Below are positions 1-9,400 of a DNA stretch of 64,000 bases, piece after piece. Origin of the DNA: Bryobacteraceae bacterium. GTDB lineage: Bacteria; Acidobacteriota; Terriglobia; Bryobacterales; Bryobacteraceae. The notes below the pieces were generated by a model, which searched no databases, was not told the origin of the DNA, and saw nothing but the letters and a program-made list of their open reading frames with translations. The DNA is taken from contig DATLYE010000057.1 of the NCBI GenBank assembly GCA_035575135.1, forward strand, positions 13,961 to 77,960. Reading direction: 5' to 3'. The position numbers were made by a program, and so were the translations under genes. Each line of letters starts with the position of its first letter. Position 1 is the first letter of the stretch.

Positions 1-1
1 C

Positions 2-325
2 CCGCTTCCCAAGAAGCCGGAGCCGAAGATTCTTCCGAAGGAGCCGGTTGCTCAGGCTCCGCCGGTAGAGGCGCGGCCGCAGGAAGAAGCGCGCACGCCG
101 CCTCCGCCGCCCATCCCGCTGCGGTTTTACGGTTTCACGATGTCGGGGCGGCAGGGTCCGCGGCGGGCGTTTTTCCTGGACGGAGAAGACATCTACGTGG
201 CCTCCGAGGGAGAGATCGTCAAGAAGCGCTACAGGATCGTGCGTATCGGCATCACGTCCGCGGTGGTGGAGGACATCGAGAGCAAGAGTCAGCAGACGCT
301 GCCGCTGGTGGCGGAGGCGGGCTGA
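2..325 (+). CDS. PilP/GspC-like pilus or secretion assembly protein, C-terminal fragment (5' end upstream of window)
   Basis: The frame is open from nt 2, with no stop before the listed ATG at 140. A Pro/Lys/Glu-rich linker is followed by a beta-rich module, LRFYGFT..AFFLDGEDIYVASEGEIVKKRYRIVRIGITSAVVEDI, of the kind seen in PilP/GspC-type proteins. A pseudopilin-like gene follows 61 nt downstream. Confidence 0.4.
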   Translation, partial: PLPKKPEPKILPKEPVAQAPPVEARPQEEARTPPPPPIPLRFYGFTMSGRQGPRRAFFLDGEDIYVASEGEIVKKRYRIVRIGITSAVVEDIESKSQQTLPLVAEAG

Positions 326-386
326 GGCGGGAGGTCGGGCCGACTGCCCTGACCGGCGGCCGGGGGAGGACAATCGAGGAAGGCAG

Positions 387-1745
387 ATGGAAACGCACCG
401 CGAGAGCGAACGAGGCTACGCGCTGCTGTTCGTGTTTCTGCTGGCCGCCCTGGTGGCGATCACGCTGTACACGGAAATGCCGCGGGTGGCCTTCGAACGG
501 CAGCGGGAGCTAGAGCAGACACTGATTGATCGCGGCGAGCAGTACCGGCGGGCGATCCAGCTGTACTTCCGGCGGTTCCGGCGCTATCCGCCGAACCTGG
601 AGGCGCTCGAGAACACCAACAACATGCGCTTCCTGCGCCGGCGCTACAAGGATCCGATGACGGGAGAAAGCGAGTGGCGGCTGATCCACGTCGGGCCGGG
701 AGGCGTACTGGCGGACTCGCTCGTACGCAAGAGTTTGCAGACCGAGAAGCTGGCGAGCGCCAATCAGTTCATCACGGAGCTCGAGTCCATCGGAGCGACG
801 GCCGTGGGGCAAGGCTCGACTCCGGCGCCCCTGGCGGCGATCGCGGTGCGGCGCGCTGCCGAAGCCGCCTCCGGCACGGGTGGGGCGACGCAGGGAGAAA
901 CGCCGGCGAGCGAGGGGGAGAGCGGCGCGGGGGAGCCGCAGCCGGCAGGGGCGGGAGCGATGCCGCCACCGGGTCCGGAAGCGCCGCCGGGTCCCGAACA
1001 AACGGGCGCGCCCGGGCCGGTGCCGTTCATTCCATTGCCGCCGGGAACGCAGCCCGGGCAGGTCGCGCCGGGGCAGCCGGGTGTCGGTGGTCCGATCCCG
1101 GTGGCGCCCCCGGTGACGCCTTTCCCGCAGCCGCGGCCGGAACGCGAGCCCGGCGCCGTGCAGCCGCCGGTGCCTGTACCCGGGCTTCCCGCGCCGTACA
1201 CGCAGCCGATCGCACCCGGGGGTCAGGTTGTGGCGCCGGGCGTGAGTCCCGTGCCTGCGCCCGGAGGGGTTGTGACGCAGCCTGCCACCGGCCCGGTGCC
1301 GGGCGTGGGAGTCGAGCCGCCGGGCCAGAATCCTGCGGCGGAGCTGCTGCGCCGTATTCTGACGTCTCCGAACCCTCGTGGGTTGGCCACACTGCAACAA
1401 CAGCCGGCGCAGCCGCAGGCCGGATTCACTCTGCAGCCAGGTATCGCCGGCGTGGCCACCAAGGCCGAGGCGGAAGGGATCAAGGTGTACAACGAGCGGA
1501 CCAAGTACAACGAGTGGGAGTTCATCTACGACTTCAGCCAGGATGCAGCCATACTCCGGCAGCTGACCCAGGGCGCGCCGGGTCAGCCGGGAGCTCCGGG
1601 ACAGTCGGGGAGTCCCGGGCAGGCGGTTCCGCCGGGAGTGCAACCGGGGCCGGGCCAGCAGGCGCAACCGCCCGTCCCTCAGCCGGCGCCGGGCTTTGGG
1701 CTCCCGCCGGGGCCGGCGCCGCGGTCGGGGCCGGGGAGGAAGTGA
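387..1745 (+). CDS. Pseudopilin-like (GspG-type) protein with a long Pro/Gly/Ala-rich C-terminal extension
   Basis: A short charged leader precedes the hydrophobic helix GYALLFVFLLAALVAITLY. DRGEQYRRAIQLYFRRFRRYPPNLEALENT..RRRYKDPMTGESEWRLI follows the T2SS GspG-like pattern. Roughly aa 130-450 are low-complexity P/G/A/Q, apart from the island GIKVYNERTKYNEWEFIYDF. Confidence 0.5.
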   Translation: METHRESERGYALLFVFLLAALVAITLYTEMPRVAFERQRELEQTLIDRGEQYRRAIQLYFRRFRRYPPNLEALENTNNMRFLRRRYKDPMTGESEWRLIHVGPGGVLADSLVRKSLQTEKLASANQFITELESIGATAVGQGSTPAPLAAIAVRRAAEAASGTGGATQGETPASEGESGAGEPQPAGAGAMPPPGPEAPPGPEQTGAPGPVPFIPLPPGTQPGQVAPGQPGVGGPIPVAPPVTPFPQPRPEREPGAVQPPVPVPGLPAPYTQPIAPGGQVVAPGVSPVPAPGGVVTQPATGPVPGVGVEPPGQNPAAELLRRILTSPNPRGLATLQQQPAQPQAGFTLQPGIAGVATKAEAEGIKVYNERTKYNEWEFIYDFSQDAAILRQLTQGAPGQPGAPGQSGSPGQAVPPGVQPGPGQQAQPPVPQPAPGFGLPPGPAPRSGPGRK

Positions 1746-1763
1746 GGTGGGTGTGAGCGCCGC

Positions 1764-2645
1764 TCAACCGGCCAGGCGCGGGCGTGTTGCGGCAAACGCC
1801 CCAAGGGCCACCGCCACCCCGGCGAGGGCGTCCACCAGATAGTGGTAGCGCCCGTAGACCGTCGCCAGTGCGATCAGGACCGCCAAGACCATCAGAAAGC
1901 GCCAGGCCCAGGGCTTCTCCGGCAGCAGGCGGCGCATGGCCAGCGCCGCAGAGAACGCGCCTGAGACGTGAGCGCTCGGGAACACGCTGGTGTGGATGCC
2001 CCAGCCGCCCAGCAGCCAGAGATTGAAGCTGCGAAAGGGGGTCATGAAACTGGGGAGGTCTTCCGTGGGAAAAACGGTTCGCGGGGGTTCGGAAGGAAAG
2101 TACGGAAACAAAGCGTAGGCTCCGACCACGGCCAGCACGAAGACGGAGAGAAATCCGGCGGCGCGCTCGCGCCGGCGGTAAAGATACAAAACCGCAAGCG
2201 AAAAGTGCGGGATGACGTAGACGAGGGAGTAAGCGATCTCGAGCAAGGACGGCACCACGGGTCCCAGGATCTCGACGGCGGCACGCACTTTCAGGTCGTA
2301 GAGAAACACGCGGTCCCAGACGACCCAGGCACGCTCCAGTTCGTAGGTGTGGCGGCTGGGCGCGAACCATCCCATCTCGCGGTAGGCCAGCAGGACCAAA
2401 GGCAGGGGAAACCAGTCCCGGACGATGGAGAGGAACTTCCGGCGGCGGAGTGCGTCGGCATAGGCCAGCAGGAAGATGCCGGCGAGGACAGTGACGTTGA
2501 CGACGAACACGGTCCGGGGCACGGACGCCCGCACCGGGAGCAACTGGGAGACGGCGATGGCGTAGAGGAAGTAAACGATTAGGACGGCTTCCGAAAAGCG
2601 CAGCAGGCGCATTGGGGTAGAGTAAAGGAGAACCCAAAATACCAT
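1764..2645 (-). CDS. PAP2-superfamily phosphatase-like polytopic membrane protein
   Basis: Multiple hydrophobic segments. PAP2-like motifs FPSAHVSGA (PSGH-type) and GRYHYLVDALAG (HxxxD). I placed the start at the internal ATG (MVFWVLLYS..) because the upstream 70 codons are Arg/Pro-rich and run into the divergent gene. ATG 2612 is an alternative. Confidence 0.6.
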   Translation of the reverse strand: MVFWVLLYSTPMRLLRFSEAVLIVYFLYAIAVSQLLPVRASVPRTVFVVNVTVLAGIFLLAYADALRRRKFLSIVRDWFPLPLVLLAYREMGWFAPSRHTYELERAWVVWDRVFLYDLKVRAAVEILGPVVPSLLEIAYSLVYVIPHFSLAVLYLYRRRERAAGFLSVFVLAVVGAYALFPYFPSEPPRTVFPTEDLPSFMTPFRSFNLWLLGGWGIHTSVFPSAHVSGAFSAALAMRRLLPEKPWAWRFLMVLAVLIALATVYGRYHYLVDALAGVAVALGAFAATRPRLAG

Positions 2646-2698
2646 GAAAGCCGCGCGGCGGCGGGTTTGCCCGTCCGAGCGGCGGTTGCGAGCAGACC

Positions 2699-4036
2699 AT
2701 GAAAGCGACACGACGACAGTTTTTGCAGTCGGCCGGCGCCGGGCTGGCGGCGGCGCAAGGTCCGGAGGCGGCTTCGAAAATCGCGGCCAACGACACCATA
2801 CAGCTGGCGCTGATCGGCGCGGGCGGGATGGGTTTTGGCGACGCGCGCATGGCAAGTTCGCTTCCGGGTGTGAAGCTGGTGGCGGCCTGCGATCTGTACG
2901 ACGGCCGGCTGGTGCGGGCCCGCGAGGTCTTCGGCGCCGACATCGCCGTGACCCGGGACTACCGGGAGGTGCTGGCGCGGCGCGATGTGGATGCGGTGAT
3001 CATCGCCACGCCGGACCACTGGCACTTCCAGATCGCCGCCGATGCGCTGGCGGCGGGCAAAGACGTGTATCTGGAAAAGCCGATGGTGCAGAAGATCGAG
3101 CAGGGCAAGCCGCTGATTGACGCCGCGGCGCGCAGCGGGCGGATCCTTCAGGTGGGCAGCCAGTACGTGAGCTCGGTCATCTATCACAAGACGCGGGAGC
3201 TGATCCGGGCGGGGGCCATCGGGCAGGTGAACATGGTGGAGGCGTGGCTGGACCGGAACACGGCGATCGGCGCCTGGCAGTACTCGATCCCGCCGGATGC
3301 GTCGCCGGAGACGGTGGACTGGGAGCGATTCCTGGGCCCGGCGCCGAAGCGGCCGTTCGACCCGGTACGCTTCTTCCGCTGGCGCAACTACCGGGATTAC
3401 GGGACGGGGGTTGCGGGCGATCTGTTCGTGCATCTGCTGAGCGGCCTGCACGTGGCCCTCGATTCGCTGGGACCGACGCGCGTGTTCGCCACGGGCGGGC
3501 TCCGGTACTGGAAGGACGGGCGGGACGTGCCGGACGTGATGCTGGCCCTGCTCGACTATCCGGCGACGGAGGCGCATCCGGAGTTCACGCTGGCGCTGCG
3601 GGTCAATTTCAAGAGCGGCGTTTCCGGCGAGCAGTTCGGGTTCCGCTTTGTGGGCAGCGAGGGGACGATCCGCGCCGGGGCCTCAGTGGTGCTTTCCAAG
3701 ACGCCGCCCGAGGCCGAGCCGGGTTACATGATTGACACGTTTCCGCAGGCGGTGCAGCGGGAGTTCCTGCGCCAGTACCGGCAGAAATACCCGGAGCGCC
3801 CCGTAACCGCGGACGGGTTGCGCCCGGACGAAGAGCACGTCTTCACGCCGCCGCGCGGCTACAACGCGCACGTGGAGCATCACAAGAACTTCATCGCTGC
3901 GGTGCGCAGCCGCAGGCCGGTGGTGGAGGACGCGGTCTTCGGTTTCCGCGCGGCGGGACCCGCGCTGCTGTGCCTGGTGAGTTTCTTCGAGCAGCGCATC
4001 TGCCGGTGGGATCCGCGGCAGATGATTGCGAGCTAA
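2699..4036 (+). CDS. Gfo/Idh/MocA family oxidoreductase with twin-arginine signal
   Basis: TAT motif TRRQFLQSAGAGLAAAQG. Rossmann start LALIGAGGMG. Typical family blocks (EKPM, CDLYDGR..). Confidence 0.85.
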   Translation: MKATRRQFLQSAGAGLAAAQGPEAASKIAANDTIQLALIGAGGMGFGDARMASSLPGVKLVAACDLYDGRLVRAREVFGADIAVTRDYREVLARRDVDAVIIATPDHWHFQIAADALAAGKDVYLEKPMVQKIEQGKPLIDAAARSGRILQVGSQYVSSVIYHKTRELIRAGAIGQVNMVEAWLDRNTAIGAWQYSIPPDASPETVDWERFLGPAPKRPFDPVRFFRWRNYRDYGTGVAGDLFVHLLSGLHVALDSLGPTRVFATGGLRYWKDGRDVPDVMLALLDYPATEAHPEFTLALRVNFKSGVSGEQFGFRFVGSEGTIRAGASVVLSKTPPEAEPGYMIDTFPQAVQREFLRQYRQKYPERPVTADGLRPDEEHVFTPPRGYNAHVEHHKNFIAAVRSRRPVVEDAVFGFRAAGPALLCLVSFFEQRICRWDPRQMIAS

Positions 4037-4052
4037 CCAGGGGAGGAATCGG

Positions 4053-6026
4053 ATGCGGAGCGCTACGCTTTGGAGTTGTGTCTTCGTGGTCGCGCTGAGC
4101 GCGAGCGGGCAGCAAGGAGATCCGCGGGAGGCCGGAGTGCTCGATCTGCGCAAGTCTCCGCACGCCCGGCTGCGCAACGTGCCCGTGCGGGCGGTGACGA
4201 TTCGCGACGGGTTCTGGTCGGCGCGGCAAAGGGTGAATGTGGAGCGGAGTATTCCCACGCTGCTCGATCTGCTGGAAGAGCACGGGGTGCTCGACAACTT
4301 CCGGCGCCTGAGCGGGCGCAAAGCGGCGCCGCGGCGCGGCCCGCTGTACACCGACTCGGACATTTACAAGTGGCTGGAGGCGGCCGCCTTCGTGCTCCAG
4401 TCCGGGGACCGTCCGGAGCTGCGGGCCAAAGTGGACCGCGTGGTGGAGGAGATTCTGGCGGCGCAGGAGCCGAGCGGCTATCTGAACACCTACTACGTGG
4501 ACGAGCGCAAGGCGCTGCGCTTCACCGAGGTGACGCGGGGCCACGAAACCTACTGCCTCGGGCACCTGCTTCAGGCCGCCATTGCGCTCTACCGCGGCAG
4601 CGGCGACCGGCGGCTTCTGGATGCCGGCATCCGATTCGTCAACTACCTGATGGACAATTTCGGCCGCACCAAGCGACCGCTGTCTTCCGATCACCCGGAG
4701 ATCGAGCTGGCGCTGGTGGAGTTGTACCGCACCACAGGCGAGCGGCGGTATCTGGAGTTTGCGGCGTATTTTCTCGAGGGCGACGGGGAACGGTTGAAGC
4801 TCACACCGCGCGACATCGTCTACCTGTTCAGCGGCAAGCCGTTTACCGAGCGCACCAAACTGGAGGGCCATGCGGTGCGGGCCATGTATGCCTCCAGCGG
4901 GGCGACAGATTACTACCTGGAGACCGGCGAGGAGGCCTACTGGAAGACGCTCGAGCGGCTCTGGGAGGACATGACGCGGCGGAAGATGTACATCACGGGC
5001 GGCGTGGGTTCGCGAGCGGTGGGCGAGGCGTTCGGCGAGCCGTACGAGCTGCCTAATCAGCTGGCGTATACGGAAAGCTGCGCGGCCATCGGCAATCTGA
5101 TGTGGAACTGGCGCATGCTGGCCGCCACGGGGGAGGCCCGGTTTGCGGACGTGCTGGAGCGGGCTTTATATAACGGCGTCAACTCGGGCATGTCGCTCGA
5201 CGGGACACTGTATTGCTACCGCAATCCGCTCGAACTGGTGGGCAATCGCGAGGACAAGATCCGCAATCCGTGGTATTCGACCACCTGCTGCCCGCCGAAT
5301 CTGGAGCGGATTCTGGCGTCACTTTCGGGTTACTTTTACAGCACCAGCCGCGAAGGGCTTTACATCCACCTGTACGACAACAATGAACTGAACTGGCGGC
5401 TGGAAAACGGCGTGGCCCTGCGCCTGCGCCAGACGACGCGCTATCCGTGGGACGGCAAGGTGCGCATCGAGGTCGAACCTGCCTCCGCAACCGAGTTCAC
5501 GCTGTTTGTGCGGATTCCGTCCTGGAGCCGGCGGACGACGGTGACAGTGAACGGCGCGGCGGCGGGGCCGGCGCAACCGGGAACGTATCTGGCGTTGCGG
5601 CGTACCTGGAAGCCGGGCGATGCCGTGACGCTCGACTTCGAGATGACGCCGCGTTTGACCGCGGCCAATCCGCGCGTGCGGGACAGTTTCGGGCGGGTGG
5701 CGGTCGAGCGAGGTCCGCTCGTGTACGCCATGGAGGAAATTGACCAGAGGGGCGCCGGCTCGCTGTTCGATCTGTACCTGGATCTTCAGGGAGGCCGGTC
5801 TGGGTTCCGGGAAGCCTACGCGGCAGACAAGCTCGGCGGCATCGTGGAGCTGCGTCATGCCGGGCTTGAAGCCGAGCCGCCCTCGGCCACGCGCCCGCTC
5901 TATGAGCCGTTTGCGGCGGACGGGAAACTGCGCGGGCGCCCGCGCGAGCTGGTGCTGATCCCCTATTACGCGTTCGCCAATCGCGAGCCGACGGCGATGG
6001 CGGTGTGGATTCCGTACCACCGCTGA
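4053..6026 (+). CDS. Glycoside hydrolase family 127 (beta-L-arabinofuranosidase-like, DUF1680) protein
   Basis: Signal peptide MRSATLWSCVFVVALSASGQQ. Blocks HETYCLGHLLQAA, EGHAVRAMY and YTESCAAIGN, plus Cys-rich YCYRNPLE..STTCCPPNLER typical of the HypBA1 family. Start moved to ATG 4053 to avoid overlapping the upstream gene. Confidence 0.85.
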   Translation: MRSATLWSCVFVVALSASGQQGDPREAGVLDLRKSPHARLRNVPVRAVTIRDGFWSARQRVNVERSIPTLLDLLEEHGVLDNFRRLSGRKAAPRRGPLYTDSDIYKWLEAAAFVLQSGDRPELRAKVDRVVEEILAAQEPSGYLNTYYVDERKALRFTEVTRGHETYCLGHLLQAAIALYRGSGDRRLLDAGIRFVNYLMDNFGRTKRPLSSDHPEIELALVELYRTTGERRYLEFAAYFLEGDGERLKLTPRDIVYLFSGKPFTERTKLEGHAVRAMYASSGATDYYLETGEEAYWKTLERLWEDMTRRKMYITGGVGSRAVGEAFGEPYELPNQLAYTESCAAIGNLMWNWRMLAATGEARFADVLERALYNGVNSGMSLDGTLYCYRNPLELVGNREDKIRNPWYSTTCCPPNLERILASLSGYFYSTSREGLYIHLYDNNELNWRLENGVALRLRQTTRYPWDGKVRIEVEPASATEFTLFVRIPSWSRRTTVTVNGAAAGPAQPGTYLALRRTWKPGDAVTLDFEMTPRLTAANPRVRDSFGRVAVERGPLVYAMEEIDQRGAGSLFDLYLDLQGGRSGFREAYAADKLGGIVELRHAGLEAEPPSATRPLYEPFAADGKLRGRPRELVLIPYYAFANREPTAMAVWIPYHR

Positions 6027-6048
6027 ACGCCACCTCGACGCAGAGTCC

Positions 6049-7275
6049 GTGACCTCGCTGAGCCATCTGGAGTGCAGCCGCTGCCGGAAAACCTACGAGG
6101 CCGGCAAGGTGCACAACCTGTGCGGTTGCGGGGGTCCGCTGCTGGCTCGCTACGATCTGGCCAAAGTGCGGGGGAGCTGGAGCCGGGAGTGGCTGGCGAA
6201 TGCGCCGCCGAGCCTGTGGCGGTACGCGCCGGTGCTGCCGGTGAGCCGGCCGTCTGCGCTGGTCACGCTGGGGGAGGGGATGACGCCGCTGGTAGCGCTG
6301 CGGCGGCTCGGGGCGCGGCTCGGGCTGCGGCAGCTCTGGGTCAAGGACGAGGGTTTGAATCCCACCGGTTCATTCAAGGCGCGGGGCTTGTCGTGCGCCG
6401 TGTCCATGGCGGTGGAGCTGGGCATCCGGAGCCTGGCGATCCCCTCGGCGGGCAACGCCGGCGGCGCCCTGGCCGCGTACGCGGCGGCTGCGGGGCTGGA
6501 GGCGCACATCTTCATGCCGCAGGATGTGCCGCAGGCGAACTTCATCGAGTGCAAGGCGTACGGCGCCCGGGTCACGCTGGTTGACGGGCTGATCAGCGAT
6601 TGCGCGCGGCTGGTGGCTGAGGGCGCCGCCGAGGGCCGCTGGTTCGACGTGAGCACGCTCAAAGAGCCCTACCGTGTGGAAGGCAAGAAGACGATGGGCT
6701 ACGAACTGGCCGAGCAACTCCGCTGGGAGCTGCCGGATGCCGTGCTCTACCCGACGGGAGGCGGCGTGGGCCTGATCGGGATGTGGAAGGCGTTTGCGGA
6801 GATGGAGGAACTTGGCTGGGTCGGGCCGCGACGCCCAAAGATGATCGCGGTGCAGGCGGAGGGCTGCAAGCCGGTTGTGGACGCCTTCGAGCGGGGCGAG
6901 CCGGCCTGCCGGTACTGGCAGGACGCCTGGACCGTGGCGGCCGGCTTGCGAGTTCCCAAGCCTCTCGGTGACTTTCTAATGCTGGAGATTCTCCGCGCCA
7001 GCGGCGGCACGGCCGTGGCGGTCACAGACGCGGAGATCCTGGAAGCGGGCCTGCGACTGGCATCCGAAGAGGGGATGTTTGCCTGTCCGGAAGGCGCGGC
7101 CTGCGTGGCGGCGCTCGAGAAACTTGTGGCGGGCGGGTTTTTGGCGGCTTCGGACCGCGTGGTGATTTACAATACGGGCTCCGGTTTGAAGTACCTGGAG
7201 GCCTATGCGACGCGTTTTCCGCGCTGGGCGGAAAGCGAGTACGACAAGCTCGGGGGGCTGATCACGCCGCGGTAG
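6049..7275 (+). CDS. thrC: Threonine synthase
   Basis: N-terminal Cys4 ribbon (LECSRCRK..NLCGCGGPL). PLP-lysine motif GSFKARGL. Full-length similarity pattern to ThrC. GTG start. Confidence 0.9.
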   Translation: MTSLSHLECSRCRKTYEAGKVHNLCGCGGPLLARYDLAKVRGSWSREWLANAPPSLWRYAPVLPVSRPSALVTLGEGMTPLVALRRLGARLGLRQLWVKDEGLNPTGSFKARGLSCAVSMAVELGIRSLAIPSAGNAGGALAAYAAAAGLEAHIFMPQDVPQANFIECKAYGARVTLVDGLISDCARLVAEGAAEGRWFDVSTLKEPYRVEGKKTMGYELAEQLRWELPDAVLYPTGGGVGLIGMWKAFAEMEELGWVGPRRPKMIAVQAEGCKPVVDAFERGEPACRYWQDAWTVAAGLRVPKPLGDFLMLEILRASGGTAVAVTDAEILEAGLRLASEEGMFACPEGAACVAALEKLVAGGFLAASDRVVIYNTGSGLKYLEAYATRFPRWAESEYDKLGGLITPR

Positions 7276-7292
7276 GACGCCACCGGCTGAGC

Positions 7293-8525
7293 CTAGAGGG
7301 CGGGCAATTCATAGCCCTTGCGGCGCGGCCGCGACAGCAGGGAGTCGGCCTGTTCGTCTCCGATGAAGCGTTCGGTGGCGGGATCCCATCTTAGCCTGCG
7401 GCCCAGATCGCGGCAGATGTTGACGAGGTGGCAAACGGTGGTGGAGCGGTGGCCGATTTCTTCATGCGCGTTGGGCTTGCGGCGCGTGCGGATGCAGTCC
7501 AGGAAATTTTCGATGTGGTAGCGGTTCTCGCCCGGGCCCTCGGGCGTATCCGGGGGCGCGTCTTTGAGCAGCTCGGGCGGATCGGCGATGCAGGTGCCGC
7601 GTTTGATCTCGATGCGGCCCTTGTCGCCGATGAAGATCGCGCCGAGGTCGGAATGGTCGGGACGGCGGGCGCCGTGGAGCTTGAGCAGCGTTCCGCCGGC
7701 GTAGCGCGGGGTGACGGGAGCGTTCCAGGCGTCGGATTCGGGCCAGAGTTCCACGGGTCCGGTGTCGTCGGTTCCCAAGGCGCATTGCACCTGATCGAGG
7801 GCATGCGTTCCCCAACCGGTGACGCCCCAGGACTGCCCGCCGCCGTCGTAGTCCCACCACCAGGCCCAGCGGCGGTGGAGTTGGGGATGGTAGGGGCGCA
7901 GTTCGGTCTGATTGCACCACTGATCCCAGTCCATGCCTTCGGGAACGGGCTGCGGAGGTTTCGGATACCAGCCCTGAGGCCCTTCGAAGTTGCAGGCCAG
8001 CACGGTGTGGACTTTGCCGAGGGCGCCTTCACGGATCAGCCGGCTGGCGTAGACGTTGACGGGGATGGAACGCTGCTGCGTGCCGGTTTGCAGGATCCGG
8101 TTGTAGCGGCGCACGGCGTTGACGAGTGCGCGGCCTTCGGCGACGGTCAGGGTGAGGGGTTTTTCTGCGTAGACGTCGAGGCCGGCCTGTAAGGCGTGGA
8201 TGCAGATGAGCACGCGGGCGTGGGTGGTGGTTTCGACGAAGACCGCGTCGAGCTTTTCTTTTTCGAGCATGCGGCGGTAGTCGTGGTACTTGGCCCAGCG
8301 CTCGCCGCTCGGCTTGAGTTTGGCGGCCGCGTAGCAACTGGGCAGGTAGCAGTCGGCGAGGGCGACGATCTCCGCGCCCGGGAATTCCTCATGCTCGATG
8401 AGCCAGCGGGCGCGGCCGCCGACGCCGATGAAGGCGATGCGGATGCGATCGTTGGCGCCGAACAGGGTGGGGGGGACGACGTAGGGGGCCGCGACGGCGG
8501 CCTTAAGCCATTGGCGCCGGTTCAT
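7293..8525 (-). CDS. Gfo/Idh/MocA family oxidoreductase with TAT-like signal
   Basis: MNRRQWLKAAVAAP.., then IAFIGVGGRARW Rossmann and the EKPL block. The track ORF extends to 8894, but that extension is Pro/Arg-rich and overlaps the divergent DUF1080 gene region. ATG at 8525. Confidence 0.85.
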   Translation of the reverse strand: MNRRQWLKAAVAAPYVVPPTLFGANDRIRIAFIGVGGRARWLIEHEEFPGAEIVALADCYLPSCYAAAKLKPSGERWAKYHDYRRMLEKEKLDAVFVETTTHARVLICIHALQAGLDVYAEKPLTLTVAEGRALVNAVRRYNRILQTGTQQRSIPVNVYASRLIREGALGKVHTVLACNFEGPQGWYPKPPQPVPEGMDWDQWCNQTELRPYHPQLHRRWAWWWDYDGGGQSWGVTGWGTHALDQVQCALGTDDTGPVELWPESDAWNAPVTPRYAGGTLLKLHGARRPDHSDLGAIFIGDKGRIEIKRGTCIADPPELLKDAPPDTPEGPGENRYHIENFLDCIRTRRKPNAHEEIGHRSTTVCHLVNICRDLGRRLRWDPATERFIGDEQADSLLSRPRRKGYELPAL

Positions 8526-8730
8526 GAGGCACTCCCCTCTCATGCTATGCCGTGGGGCGGATGGGGGCAACCGAGGAGGATGGTCGGGCGGCCTGCGGGG
8601 CGCGCTGCGGTATGGTCGAGCCGAGGGCGGCCTGCGGGCAATCCTGCAACATCGTTGGGCCGGGGGCGGGCTTCGGGGTTTCGTCACGCGGTCGTGTTCT
8701 AATAGGATTCGAACGAGGAGGAAGCAACGA

Positions 8731-9327
8731 ATGAAGCCAACTGCATGGATGATCGCGGTGCTGATTCTTGGGGCGAGTGTCAACGCAGGGTGGTCCCAAG
8801 AAGAAGGCTGGAAGCGCATTTTCGACGGCAAGACGCTCAAGGGGTGGAAGGCCAGCGAGAATCCGGAGAGCTGGAGCGTGGAGGACGGCGCCATCGTGGG
8901 CCGGGGCCAGCGCAGCCACCTGTTCTACATGGAGGAGGAATGCGAGAACTGCGAGTTCAAGGCCACGGTCAAGATCAACAAGGGCGGCAACTCGGGGATG
9001 TATTTTCGGGCCCAGTTCGGTCCGGGATGGCCGAAGGGCTACGAGGCCCAGGTCAATAACAGCAGCAAGGACTGGCGGCGCACCGGGAGCCTGTACGGGA
9101 TCGTGGACATCAAAGAGCAACTGATTCCCGACGACACCTGGTGGACGCAACACATCATTGCCGACGGCAACCATATCGTCATCAAGGTCAACGACAAGGT
9201 GGTCGTGGACTACGTGGACGAGCAGAACCGTTACACCAAGGGGTACCTGGCCTTGCAGCAGCACGACCCGCAGAGCGTGGTTTACTACAAGGACATCATG
9301 ATGAAGAAGCTGCCGGCGAAGAAGTAA
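8731..9327 (+). CDS. DUF1080 (3-keto-disaccharide hydrolase-like) domain secreted protein
   Basis: SD aggagga upstream of ATG 8731. Signal peptide MKPTAWMIAVLILGASVNA. Blocks GWK..WSVEDGAIVG, GGNSGMYFR and GYEAQV characteristic of the family. Confidence 0.85.
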   Translation: MKPTAWMIAVLILGASVNAGWSQEEGWKRIFDGKTLKGWKASENPESWSVEDGAIVGRGQRSHLFYMEEECENCEFKATVKINKGGNSGMYFRAQFGPGWPKGYEAQVNNSSKDWRRTGSLYGIVDIKEQLIPDDTWWTQHIIADGNHIVIKVNDKVVVDYVDEQNRYTKGYLALQQHDPQSVVYYKDIMMKKLPAKK

Positions 9328-9397
9328 CGAAAAAAAGGGGACACACCAGGCTGACAGAATTTCCGAAAAAAGGGGACACACCAGGCTGACGGAATTT
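9328..9397. repeat. Tandem direct repeat (35 nt + 34 nt) filling a convergent intergenic spacer
   Basis: Copy 1, 9328-9362: CGAAAAAAAGGGGACACACCAGGCTGACAGAATTT. Copy 2, 9364-9397: CGAAAAAAGGGGACACACCAGGCTGACGGAATTT. They differ by one A in the A-tract and one A/G. The pair lies exactly between the stop codons at 9327 and 9401. Confidence 0.9.
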
Positions 9398-9400
9398 TGG

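Noticed and set aside
510-1756. Several 100-385-aa ORFs on both strands inside the Pro-rich gene
   Set aside because: Repetitive GC-rich Pro/Gly/Ala codons keep all frames open. The products are Arg-rich nonsense. Only the 387-1745 frame has an N-terminal membrane helix and a structured domain.
7293-8894. Track start of the oxidoreductase ORF at 8894 (533 aa). The same applies to 28885-32697, 35311-36957, 11435-12514 and 1764-2855.
   Set aside because: The N-terminal extensions are Pro/Arg-rich and overlap neighbouring genes. They also precede obvious native N-termini (TAT or Sec signals, SD sequences, ATGA/TGATG overlaps). The shorter starts were adopted.
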